32,000 nucleotides of DNA, from NCBI RefSeq assembly GCF_000013905.1, contig NC_007969.1, forward strand, positions 2,190,001-2,222,000, read 5' to 3'. The translations under genes were made by a program, and so were the position numbers. The notes beneath the pieces are model-generated. The model was not told where the DNA came from. It saw only the letters and a program-made list of their open reading frames with translations, and did no database searches. This DNA comes from Psychrobacter cryohalolentis K5 (GTDB lineage: Bacteria > Pseudomonadota > Gammaproteobacteria > Pseudomonadales > Moraxellaceae). This document shows, one piece after another, positions 7,752 to 16,772 of the stretch (positions within the stretch are counted from its first letter, which is position 1; every line of letters starts with the position of its first letter).

Positions 7752-10196
7752 TTACAGCTTCAAACGGCGCAACCGCAGCGCGTTACCAATAACAGATACT
7801 GACGAGAGACTCATAGCCGCCGCCGCTATCATTGGACTGAGTAAAATCCCGAAGAACGGATACAGCACACCTGCCGCAATTGGTACACCAAGGGCGTTGT
7901 ATATAAATGCAAAGAACAGGTTTTGTCTGATATTGCGCATCGTAGAATGGCTCAGTTTATGGGCTCTTACAATCCCCATCAGGTCACCCTTCACTAGCGT
8001 AATGCCAGCACTCTCCATGGCCACATCTGTTCCTGTGCCCATAGCGATGCCGACATCTGCTTGGGCAAGAGCGGGAGCATCGTTAATACCGTCACCCGCC
8101 ATAGCCACAACCTTGCCACTACTTTGCAACTCTTTGATGATACGGTTTTTGTCTTCTGGAGAGACGTCAGCATGTACCTCATCAATCTTTAACTTACTAG
8201 CAACCGCTCTAGCCGTTATCTCATTATCACCTGTCAGCATGACTACCCGCAGTCCAGCTTTGTGTAATAGCGATATTGCCTCACTGGTACTCGGCTTGAT
8301 CGGATCAGCGACCGATATGAGACCAGCAGCTTGCCCATCTACTGCGACAAACATAACAGTTTCACCGTCCTTCCTGCGTTTGTCGGCGCGTTCTAAAAGC
8401 GTACTATCAAAACTATTGAGGCGTTGCATGAATTTTGAGTTGCCTACGGCGACTTGCTTGCCATTGACCAGCGCCTGCGCGCCTTCACCGGTAGTTGAAC
8501 TAAAATCGCTTGCCTTAACCATATCGAGAGATTTTGCCTTTGCTGCATTGACAATAGCTTCTGCCAGAGGATGTTCGCTGGCAGTCTCTACCGCTGCGAC
8601 AAGTATAAGCATCTCATCCTCGTCTAAGCCGCCAAGCGCTTCGATAGCGGTAAGCTCTGGTTTGCCTGCTGTCAGCGTTCCGGTTTTATCGACAACGATG
8701 GTGTCGACTTTTTCCATACTTTCTAACGCTTCAGCATTCTTGATAAGCACGCCATTTTGTGCTCCTTTACCAGTACCCACCATAATCGACATCGGTGTGG
8801 CGAGCCCTAACGCACAAGGGCAGGCAATGATTAATACAGCGATAGCATTGACCAGCGCAAAAGCCATTGCAGGCGTAGGCCCAAATATCGCCCAGACAAT
8901 AAAGGTAATGACAGAGCAAATAAGTACGATGGGCACGAACCATCCAGCTACCTTATCAACCAGTTTCTGTATTGGCGCGCGACTGCGCTGGGCTTCAGCA
9001 ACCATCTTGACGATCTTGGACAATACGGTATCATCACCAACGTTAACTGCTTTGATCAGTAGTGTCCCAGTACCGTTGACTGTGCCGCCGGTGACCGTAT
9101 CCCCTTGTGCCTTTAACACTGGGATGGGTTCACCAGTCACCATCGATTCATCAATGCTACTACTACCATCAAGTACCGTGCCGTCTACAGGAAGCTTTTC
9201 TCCTGGCTTGACTCGCAATCTGTCGCCGCTGATCACTTCGTCAAGTGATACTTCGGTCTCGACATCGTTCTCATCCACACGTCTTGCCGTTGGTGGTGCC
9301 AGCTCTAGTAACGCACGGATTGCTCCTGAGGTCTGACTTCTGGCTTTGAGCTCTAACACTTGACCCAATAGCACTAAGGTCACAATGACCGCTGCCGCTT
9401 CGTAGTACACCCCTACTTGGCCAGTGGCGTCCCTGAAGCTGTCTGGAAAAACATCCGGAAGGAAGGTTGCTACCAGACTGAAACCAAAGGCTGCACCTAC
9501 ACCAACTGCAATCAAAGTGAACATGTTCAGGTTTCGGCTTTTTATTGATTGCCAGCCACGGACGAAGAATGGTGCGCCTCCCCATAACACCACTGGTGTT
9601 GCAAGCGCTAGCTGAATCCACTGAGCGATCTGTCCAGAGATATCACCTTGTCCAAGGTTGTCTAAGCTTAGACCTACCATGTCACTCATAGCATACAGAA
9701 ATAGCGGTATGGTAAGCACCGTACAAATCCAGAAACGGCGTGTCATATCGTCGAGCTCTGAGGTGTCCTCCTCACCAATAGTAGCCATCTCTGGTTCAAG
9801 CGTCATGCCGCATATCGGACAGCCGCTATTCTTCACATCTCTGACTTCTGAATGCATCGGACAAATATAGACTGTACCGCTATAATCAGCTGGCACTTTG
9901 TCGTATTTGCCGCCTTTGACAGATTTTACCTTAGTACGGTCAGTATCTTTGCCATGACAATGTGAATGACTGTCTTCATCTGTAACCTCGTCTTCAGGTT
10001 TGAGGAACATACCACATATTGGGCAGTCGCTTTTTTCAACATCTCTCACTTCGGGATGCATCGGACAGGTATAAACGGCGCCATTATAATCAGCTGGCAC
10101 TTGGTTATACTCTTTGAAGGTAGTATGGGCTTGGTTAGTATTGTTTGACTCTAAACCACTATGGCCATTCTTTTTATCGCTATTATTAGGATTCAT
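7752..10196 (-). CDS. copA: Cu(I)-translocating P1B-1-type ATPase
   Basis: 814 aa with TGE, CPC ([13 protein letters not shown]), DKTGTLT, SEHPLA and GDGINDAP. Cu(I) selectivity residues YN(x4)P (FIYNALGVP) and MSLSS. Two N-terminal CPMHxEV...CPICGM heads. GAAGGAG RBS. Confidence 0.95.
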   Translation of the reverse strand: MNPNNSDKKNGHSGLESNNTNQAHTTFKEYNQVPADYNGAVYTCPMHPEVRDVEKSDCPICGMFLKPEDEVTDEDSHSHCHGKDTDRTKVKSVKGGKYDKVPADYSGTVYICPMHSEVRDVKNSGCPICGMTLEPEMATIGEEDTSELDDMTRRFWICTVLTIPLFLYAMSDMVGLSLDNLGQGDISGQIAQWIQLALATPVVLWGGAPFFVRGWQSIKSRNLNMFTLIAVGVGAAFGFSLVATFLPDVFPDSFRDATGQVGVYYEAAAVIVTLVLLGQVLELKARSQTSGAIRALLELAPPTARRVDENDVETEVSLDEVISGDRLRVKPGEKLPVDGTVLDGSSSIDESMVTGEPIPVLKAQGDTVTGGTVNGTGTLLIKAVNVGDDTVLSKIVKMVAEAQRSRAPIQKLVDKVAGWFVPIVLICSVITFIVWAIFGPTPAMAFALVNAIAVLIIACPCALGLATPMSIMVGTGKGAQNGVLIKNAEALESMEKVDTIVVDKTGTLTAGKPELTAIEALGGLDEDEMLILVAAVETASEHPLAEAIVNAAKAKSLDMVKASDFSSTTGEGAQALVNGKQVAVGNSKFMQRLNSFDSTLLERADKRRKDGETVMFVAVDGQAAGLISVADPIKPSTSEAISLLHKAGLRVVMLTGDNEITARAVASKLKIDEVHADVSPEDKNRIIKELQSSGKVVAMAGDGINDAPALAQADVGIAMGTGTDVAMESAGITLVKGDLMGIVRAHKLSHSTMRNIRQNLFFAFIYNALGVPIAAGVLYPFFGILLSPMIAAAAMSLSSVSVIGNALRLRRLKL

Positions 10197-10544
10197 CAGA
10201 TAACTCCTTCACTTATATTGAGTAAAGATTGCGCTCTAATTCAATGGTTAAGAGATGCCCGTTATCATGATTACTATTTGATAAAATCTTAATTTTGATG
10301 TTAGAGACGGATGCTAGAGGAAAGGTAATATGTACCAATAGCACTTAAAATTGGGCTACTGTTAGGCTACTGAATAAAGGCGTATAGCGAAGGTCTCAGT
10401 CATCCAATAATATATTTGCACCTAATCTTAAAGAGCAATAACTCTCTATTGGATAGTTTTATCTAAAATATAGATTCAGACTCTACGAGATTGCTACTCA
10501 AACGCCATTTCCCGACGACTACACGCATCTCTTTATTACAAGCT

Positions 10545-10703
10545 TTAATCTGGTTTACGCAGATATTTCAGAATTGCTATTAATATCAACACAAGTATAG
10601 CAAAAAGAAGTAGCGCAAATAGTAGGCAGAGAATCATCCAGCCCCAGCCCATCCCTTGCATCATCGTTCCCTGCATCATTTCTCCATTCATTATGCCGTT
10701 CAT
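10545..10703 (-). CDS. Unannotated 52-aa Met/Gly-rich single-pass membrane peptide
   Basis: Below the ORF-track size cutoff. MNGIMNGEMMQGTMMQGMGWGWMILCLLFALLLFAILVLILIAILKYLRKPD. GGAG lies 10 nt upstream of the ATG. It sits between the MBL gene and copA on the same strand. Confidence 0.4.
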   Translation of the reverse strand: MNGIMNGEMMQGTMMQGMGWGWMILCLLFALLLFAILVLILIAILKYLRKPD

Positions 10704-10855
10704 AATAGTATTTCTCCGTAGATTATAGTATTGGCATTAATAGTAGTGTGCGCGCTAAGCATGGGAATATCAAATGCTCATTAATTACATCTCTTCAAGA
10801 TCAGAGCCGATAAATTAACCATCGTTAAACGTCGACTCTTTTAAAATCAGTAACG

Positions 10856-11605
10856 TTATCCTTGAGGGCTCTGCATCATCTGGCGACAGTAAGTGGCTAA
10901 ATTTTCTGGTAAATCCTCTGGGCAGACGCCACACTGCTGGTTGCCAGGGACAGCATAATCAATGAATTTCGGATATGATAGATTTAGGTTGCTCATGATG
11001 ACCTTGAATTCTTCGAGTGTTATGTCCCCGCCAAGCCGTGGATTGCGCTTTTTTTCCTGCGCGATTGAAGAAACAAAGCGCTCCTTGTAGTCGTGCGCAG
11101 GATAGACCAGCGTGTCGTCTGGTAAAGAAAAAAGTTTCTGCCGCACAGATTTATACAGCGCATCGGCATCGCCATTCTGGAAGTCGGTCCGGCCACATCC
11201 ATCGATAAGTAAAGCATCGCCAGTGAATACCCGCTCATTAAAGAGATACGCAAAATGACCATCGGTGTGTCCCGGCGTATGCAATGGGTGCAGGGTAATA
11301 CCAGCAACCTGCAAAGGTGTTCCTTCTTCCAGCCCGACATCCACACATGGTAGACGGTCAAAGGCAGGCGCTGCGATCTTGCTACCGACGGCACGCTTCA
11401 TCTCTAGTGCTGCAGTAATGTGATCTGCGTGGATATGCGTGTCAACTGTGTAGACCAAATCCAGTCCCAATCTATGGATTTCAGCCAAGTCACGATCCAT
11501 AGTCGCTATGACCGGATCAATCAGGATAGCTTGACCTGTATCCTCATCCCCTAACAGATAGGTATAAGTGCTCGAAAGGGGTTCGTACAATTGACGAAAT
11601 ATCAT
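10856..11605 (-). CDS. MBL-fold persulfide dioxygenase (ETHE1-like) / hydroxyacylglutathione hydrolase-type enzyme
   Basis: Start re-set to MIFRQLYEP (AAGGAA RBS). HIHADH metal motif, TPGHTDGH, and GDALLIDGCGRTDFQNGDA, which is typical of ETHE1-type sulfur dioxygenases. Cys-containing C-terminal tail (QQCGVCP...YC). Confidence 0.8.
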   Translation of the reverse strand: MIFRQLYEPLSSTYTYLLGDEDTGQAILIDPVIATMDRDLAEIHRLGLDLVYTVDTHIHADHITAALEMKRAVGSKIAAPAFDRLPCVDVGLEEGTPLQVAGITLHPLHTPGHTDGHFAYLFNERVFTGDALLIDGCGRTDFQNGDADALYKSVRQKLFSLPDDTLVYPAHDYKERFVSSIAQEKKRNPRLGGDITLEEFKVIMSNLNLSYPKFIDYAVPGNQQCGVCPEDLPENLATYCRQMMQSPQG

Positions 11606-12066
11606 GATTATTCCTTGTCTAAGGTAAGGGGTGATGCCCAACACACTGGTTATTGCACCTATTTTTTATATATTATGTTCTAATATAGTGTATTCATAAA
11701 GCATTACTCTGTATGGTTTTTATGTGACATTAGCAGACCAAAGCTGTTGGACTCGTGGGTCTTCGATATTTGCTCTTGAGCTGGTCAATACGGCAAGCGA
11801 GTGATGCGGTATCATCAATGAATTGCTGTATCAAATAACCATAGTGTTAAGATTGGTTTTTAGGTTATTACACGCCCTTTCATAATCTTCTCTCTTTATA
11901 TAACCTTCCGTAATACTAAACATCATATCTTCAGTCTCAAATATAATTCTTTTAGCTTCGTCTAGAAATAATGACCATGACATCGACAGCACGGTTCATT
12001 ATCATTGAGCTGACTGATTAAACTCTCCCAAGTTAGTGGCTAAAGATTTGATATCATAAAATAAAA

Positions 12067-12711
12067 TTATTCACTCGGATCAGAACCCGGTGGAAATTCA
12101 TGACGGAGCTGAGCAACGTTGGCAGCAGTGACTGTATCGGTAAATTTATTAAGGTCACTATGCACATATTGAGTGACCGCTGCTATTTGTTCATCATTCA
12201 TCATACTTTGAAAGGATGGCATACCGCGTAAGCCATTCATCACAACACTAATGATATAGTACTTTGATTGCATCTTACTGTTATCAGCAAGCGGAGGATA
12301 GTAACCTGCCCCCTTTGCGCCCTTACCATCTTGCATATGACAGCCAGCGCAGGAATCATCATACAGCTTTTTACCATTGGTAGTAATAAACCCCTTTTTA
12401 CCTTCAGAGCTACCTTCGAACTTTGCTAACCACTTTTGCAAGCTAGCATCTTCTACCATTTTCGGTAGTGAGCTGACATCGACGATATTGGCTGTTGGCG
12501 ATCTAAGCGCTTCTCTAGTCATATACACTGCACCCCATGCACCATTATTGCGACTGGCTTGATTATCAAAGACCATTTGCGTGGTTTGTTGCTGGCTGGC
12601 GAAAGTGACAGCGTTGGCTTTAGTGGATTGGCTACAGCCTGATAGCGCGACTGTGCTTCCGATACCTAATATCATTACCACAGCAAGCAGGTTTGGTTTG
12701 ATCATGTCCAT
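12067..12711 (-). CDS. Mono-haem c-type cytochrome, lipoprotein-anchored
   Basis: Start re-set to MDMIKPN (GAGGT RBS), because the longer track ORF overlaps the upstream gene. Lipobox LSG-C. Haem site CAGCH with a distal GMPSF Met ligand region. Confidence 0.8.
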   Translation of the reverse strand: MDMIKPNLLAVVMILGIGSTVALSGCSQSTKANAVTFASQQQTTQMVFDNQASRNNGAWGAVYMTREALRSPTANIVDVSSLPKMVEDASLQKWLAKFEGSSEGKKGFITTNGKKLYDDSCAGCHMQDGKGAKGAGYYPPLADNSKMQSKYYIISVVMNGLRGMPSFQSMMNDEQIAAVTQYVHSDLNKFTDTVTAANVAQLRHEFPPGSDPSE

Positions 12712-12760
12712 GATTACCTCTGAATTTATTATGATTAATTTACTGTAATAATCACTTCTA

Positions 12761-14374
12761 CTAACCAAGTTTTTTTGCCTTTTGATGTAGTCGCTGAGCG
12801 GCATCCATGCCAGATAAAATTGCCCCTTCTTGCCATGCTGGGATATGCGAGCAGTGCTCACCTGCTAGTATGATACGGTGGTCAATCGCGCATAGCGTAT
12901 CGTAGTACTGATCACGGCTTGACTCGCTCCAAATGCCATAGCAACCGAGCGACCATGGAATACGGTGCCAAGCGACGGATGTTCCAGAGCGGAACTCTTT
13001 GGTGTATTGCGGATGAATATACTTACCATACTGTAGTGCCACATCAATACGCTCTTTTGGATTCAGCGTATTAAATCGATAAGAGGCTTCTCCAAATCCA
13101 TACGCGCCGAGTAGCACCCCTGAACCTGTGGTAAACATATCGTGTGAAGGATAGGATATCTGTGAGATGGGCATATCGGTATAGGTGATACCGCCGTAAA
13201 TCCATTCGTCTTCTTCCCAAAATCGGCGTTTGAATTCCAAACCTACTTTATAAGAGGTGTCATAATGTACCGCTGCCATCGCTTGCTTCATCGGCGCTGA
13301 GACGTTAATGTCAATTTGGGTCAATACTGATAGTGGAATGTTGCAGATACACCAGTCAGCACGCACGGTTTTAGTTTCGCCATCTAGATTGTTACTAATG
13401 CTATTACTATCGACATAATCGACAGTGACGCCAGTCTCATCTTGATGAATCTTAGTGACCTTAGCATTAAACGTAATCATGTCTCGACATTCGCGAGTGA
13501 ATGCATCACCGATTTTTCCCATACCACCGACAGGCTGAAACATCGCTGGTTGATGGTCATATGTCGTATAGTTGCTATAAATATCTGACCACATCCCTGA
13601 ATTTAAGAGCTTGTCCATCGGTATCGGTGTTGAGGGTTTGGCATCAGGCATGAGCCCGCCACCTGGATAAACACTGTACCCACGATGCTTGCTGGTTTCA
13701 TGGCTCTTGACATAGCGATAATTGTTATCAAGGACGCCCCAACCTTTTAATCCTTCTAATAACTTCTCTTTATCCTCTTTATTAACTGTCTTATCAAGGC
13801 TACCAGTATTGACTGCTTTGGATAATAGCTCTGAGACATAGCCACGTATGTCACTTTGTACTTCACCCAATCGCTGCGGTGCACCATTAAAATGAGTGGT
13901 ACGGTGCAAATAGGCGCGGTCATTGGTTTGGATAAAAGGCTGCAGTGCCACACCGAATTTTTTACAATAATGGAATACCGCATAATGATGAACGGGCAAT
14001 CGCCATGGTCCACCATTAAAGTAATTGCCTTTTTTAAAGTCACAAGTCACCTCGCCGCCACCAAGCTCGGTATATTTATCACCTGCGTTTAGTGTCCAAC
14101 TGCGACCACCACCGCGATTTTGAAACTCAAGAACAGTGACTTTATAGCCGGCTTTACGTAGCTCATAAGCAGCGGTGAGTCCGCCCAATCCTGCGCCAAG
14201 GATCACAATGCTAGCGCCAGCAGGCGCACCCTTCAAATTCATCTCTTGTTTAAAGCTAGATTCAGAAGCAAATCCTAACGTAGTCATCGCCTGATACATT
14301 GCTGTCGCCCCTGCGGTCTTACCGATCATTGATAGCAGTTGCCGGCGTGTGGGCGATTGAAGCACATCATTCAT
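12761..14374 (-). CDS. Flavin amine oxidase-family (MAO/LAAO-like) flavoprotein with a twin-arginine export signal
   Basis: 537 aa. Tat signal SPTRRQLLSMIGKTAGATAMYQAMTTLGFA. FAD fold IVILGAGLGGLTAAYELRKAGYKVTVLEFQNRGGGR. C-terminal ILAGEH flavin-binding segment. Confidence 0.9.
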   Translation of the reverse strand: MNDVLQSPTRRQLLSMIGKTAGATAMYQAMTTLGFASESSFKQEMNLKGAPAGASIVILGAGLGGLTAAYELRKAGYKVTVLEFQNRGGGRSWTLNAGDKYTELGGGEVTCDFKKGNYFNGGPWRLPVHHYAVFHYCKKFGVALQPFIQTNDRAYLHRTTHFNGAPQRLGEVQSDIRGYVSELLSKAVNTGSLDKTVNKEDKEKLLEGLKGWGVLDNNYRYVKSHETSKHRGYSVYPGGGLMPDAKPSTPIPMDKLLNSGMWSDIYSNYTTYDHQPAMFQPVGGMGKIGDAFTRECRDMITFNAKVTKIHQDETGVTVDYVDSNSISNNLDGETKTVRADWCICNIPLSVLTQIDINVSAPMKQAMAAVHYDTSYKVGLEFKRRFWEEDEWIYGGITYTDMPISQISYPSHDMFTTGSGVLLGAYGFGEASYRFNTLNPKERIDVALQYGKYIHPQYTKEFRSGTSVAWHRIPWSLGCYGIWSESSRDQYYDTLCAIDHRIILAGEHCSHIPAWQEGAILSGMDAAQRLHQKAKKLG

Positions 14375-14463
14375 TTTATTATCCTTATTATTGAACCGTC
14401 ATCCATATCATCAGGTTGCATTAGGTATTTTTATAGCTGTATCGATAATGGGATTAATAGCAC

Positions 14464-15819
14464 TTACTTTAAGATGCGTTTGACGTCAGCAGCACTGACA
14501 TCACTACTTTGTAGACCACCGAAAGTTACCCGCACGTAATTGGTAATACTGGCAATCTGCGCATGACTTAACTCTTTAGAGAAGCCTGGCATTTTGGGTG
14601 CGGTGTTTAGTGCGCCTTTCGCGCCATAAGCAATGACATTGATGAGCGCATCTGGCTTAATGCGACGAATACTACTCAGTCCTACGATAGAGGCGTAACG
14701 AGCATCAGGCTGCGCGTAACCATCTACTCCGTGACAGCTAGCACAAGCAGCAAGATATAGCGCTTTTGGTGAGTTATTAGTATTAGAACCAGCATTAGTA
14801 GTGGATTTTTCCTGCGCCAGATAGTCTTTTTGCTCAATTAAATCATAGGTAATAGAGCGACTAACCGGACTGGGTAGCCGTGACGTGTCCACGGGTATCA
14901 CGTAATCGTCTGTCTTAATGATAGGGACGACTTTTAGATAAGCCGCCATTGCAATTAAGTCGCTATCGCTTAGATAGCGGGTACTATGGTCGACCGCTTC
15001 AGCCATAGGTCCACCGGCATAAGCGCGTTTATCGAGCATGCCAGTACGTAGATAAGTGACGATATCATTCTCGCTCCAACGCCCGATACCACTGTCATTA
15101 TCTGGGGTAATGTTAGGTGCATACCATTTACCAAGCGGCGCACCAGATAAATATTTTTTCTTATCAAGACCTTGCGTAAGGTTGCGTGGGGTATGACAAG
15201 TGCCGCAATGCTCTAAATTATTAACGAGGTATTCACCGCGTTGCTGGGTTTGGGTGAGCCCTGCACGATTTTCTGTAGAAGGCACGTTAATCACATTCCA
15301 AGCCAACATTAATGTTCGGATATTTAACGGGAATGGTAGCTTAGTGGTATTTTCAGGTGGCTCCTCTACTGGAGGTACGGTTTGAAAGTAAGCAAATAGT
15401 GCACTGATATCCATATCAGCCATACCATGATAAGACGGATATGGCATCGCAGGATAAAGCTGCTGCGTAGGCGCACGACCTTTTTTCAAGGCATTTTTGA
15501 AATCAGTCTCAGTATAGTTGCCGATACCATAACGTGTGGAGGGCGTGATATTGGTCGAGTAAATATTACCAATAGGGGTTTCAATCGCGACGCCGCCGCT
15601 ATAGTCCTCGCGATGACACGCCATGCAATCAGCAGTACGGGCAATGTAGGCACCGCGATTAACCAAATCACTATTGGCAGGACTGACATTGGGTAAGCTG
15701 ATAGCGGGACTGATATTGAATAGGCTCGTCGTATTAGATAAGCCTGCACTATCAGCCATGACAGCGCTGGAAGCCATACTAAGTGCAAGTGCTGATAACA
15801 GCATATAACTTGGTTTCAT
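14464..15819 (-). CDS. Tri-haem cytochrome c (dehydrogenase cytochrome-subunit type)
   Basis: Start re-set to MKPSYML (GAGGAT RBS) with a signal peptide. Three CxxCH sites (CMACH, CGTCH, CASCH) spaced as in the cytochrome subunits of membrane-bound alcohol/gluconate dehydrogenases. Confidence 0.9.
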   Translation of the reverse strand: MKPSYMLLSALALSMASSAVMADSAGLSNTTSLFNISPAISLPNVSPANSDLVNRGAYIARTADCMACHREDYSGGVAIETPIGNIYSTNITPSTRYGIGNYTETDFKNALKKGRAPTQQLYPAMPYPSYHGMADMDISALFAYFQTVPPVEEPPENTTKLPFPLNIRTLMLAWNVINVPSTENRAGLTQTQQRGEYLVNNLEHCGTCHTPRNLTQGLDKKKYLSGAPLGKWYAPNITPDNDSGIGRWSENDIVTYLRTGMLDKRAYAGGPMAEAVDHSTRYLSDSDLIAMAAYLKVVPIIKTDDYVIPVDTSRLPSPVSRSITYDLIEQKDYLAQEKSTTNAGSNTNNSPKALYLAACASCHGVDGYAQPDARYASIVGLSSIRRIKPDALINVIAYGAKGALNTAPKMPGFSKELSHAQIASITNYVRVTFGGLQSSDVSAADVKRILK

Positions 15820-15908
15820 ACTATCCTCACTAGGCTGGCAAAAACTCATTTTTAATTATTTTAGCCATGAATTTATTACACGTTTATTATTTATCGACGC
15901 TAAAAAGA

Positions 15909-16523
15909 TTATTGTTTAGCTGCTTCAACTTTTATATTTAAAGTCAGATTTTTAGTCATACCGAACAAGACATATTTTTTGATATTCCACTGAGTACGGT
16001 CAATAGTGGCGGTAAAATTGCCTCCGCAGATATTCTTCTTAGCTAGAGCGGTCAGATAGCAACTAAATTTGGTCGCCAATAAGCTAATAGGATGGGTCTG
16101 ACCGTTTAAGGTTAGCTTGCCATCCACTTGTGTGACCTTTGGGTTTTCTTCGTCAGAGGTGAAATGCCATTTGGTAGATTCAAAATGAGCCAATGGAAAC
16201 TGTTCCATATTAAAAAAATCAGAGCCCATCAGTTTGAGAGTGAAGCTTTTATTGCCTGTGTTTAAGGATTTTATGGGGATAATGAGAGAGATGTCGCCAG
16301 TTTTTGCGCTCGGATCATACTGGAGTATTCCCGTCACATTATAGAAGCCGCCAGTGGTGGCAGAGGTTTTGAGGTGGTCAATAGCGAAACGTACGTTAGA
16401 GGTGTCAGGCTCAATTTTATAGGTGGCGGCAAAGCTACTAACCGTACAACCTACCAGCAATAATAACGTCCCTAATGGCTTGTAGTAATGCAATAGTACT
16501 TTGTCAAATACAAGCTGGCTCAT
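15909..16523 (-). CDS. YceI-family (polyisoprenoid-binding) periplasmic protein
   Basis: 204 aa with a signal peptide. YceI-like core YKIEPDTSNVRFAIDHLKTSATTGGF...SLNTGN...DFFN. AAGGAA RBS. Confidence 0.85.
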   Translation of the reverse strand: MSQLVFDKVLLHYYKPLGTLLLLVGCTVSSFAATYKIEPDTSNVRFAIDHLKTSATTGGFYNVTGILQYDPSAKTGDISLIIPIKSLNTGNKSFTLKLMGSDFFNMEQFPLAHFESTKWHFTSDEENPKVTQVDGKLTLNGQTHPISLLATKFSCYLTALAKKNICGGNFTATIDRTQWNIKKYVLFGMTKNLTLNIKVEAAKQ

Positions 16524-16772
16524 GACAACATTCCTTTGTTGTGTGATCTTACTTATGACACGATTTCTAAGCGTTTACTAGCATTGTTTTATTTGGAGGA
16601 GTTTTTAAGATTAGTGCTGTGTTTGTTATTGAACTGTCTTACTATATTGATCGAAAACTATCAGAATATGATAACCAAGCGGCTAAATGAATTGTAGCAA
16701 AGGGTTGGACTCATAATTCCCAACCATAATCACTAAGAATACCTTTCAATCAATCACCTTTTTACCAACCAG

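Noticed and set aside
7711-9336. 541-aa plus-strand ORF, the longest unexplained ORF in the track
   Set aside because: It lies entirely antisense to copA, whose motifs are unambiguous. Its product is low-complexity Ser/Thr/Ala/Pro/Leu-rich with no motif or RBS, which is a typical shadow ORF. The same reasoning applies to 7515-7700, 7994-8185, 9271-9621, 9424-9615, 9658-9870 and 9966-10148.
10197-10330. CueR/MerR-type operator in the copA promoter
   Set aside because: There is a TTGAAT ... AATATA/TATAAG arrangement with a long (19-21 nt) spacer, but no convincing dyad of the CueR type (ACCTTCC...GGAAGGT). The only symmetry is ATTGA/TCAAT, at 5 bp.
11730-11983. Two adjacent small minus-strand frames (50-aa MSWSLFLDEAKRIIFETEDMMFSITEGYIKREDYERACNNLKTNLNTMVI, then ...QQFIDDTASLACRIDQLKSKYRRPTSPTALVC) that might be one frameshifted gene
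   Set aside because: No SD, no recognisable family and short length. This cannot be distinguished from chance ORFs without a homology search.
12712-12861. Long N-terminal extension of the mono-haem cytochrome ORF (track start 12861)
   Set aside because: The extension overlaps the 3' end of the flavoprotein gene by 100 nt and has no signal peptide. The internal Met at 12711 has a GAGGT RBS and is followed at once by a lipoprotein signal. Similar trimming was applied to 7741, 11644, 15849, 23577, 24933, 26576 and 30758.
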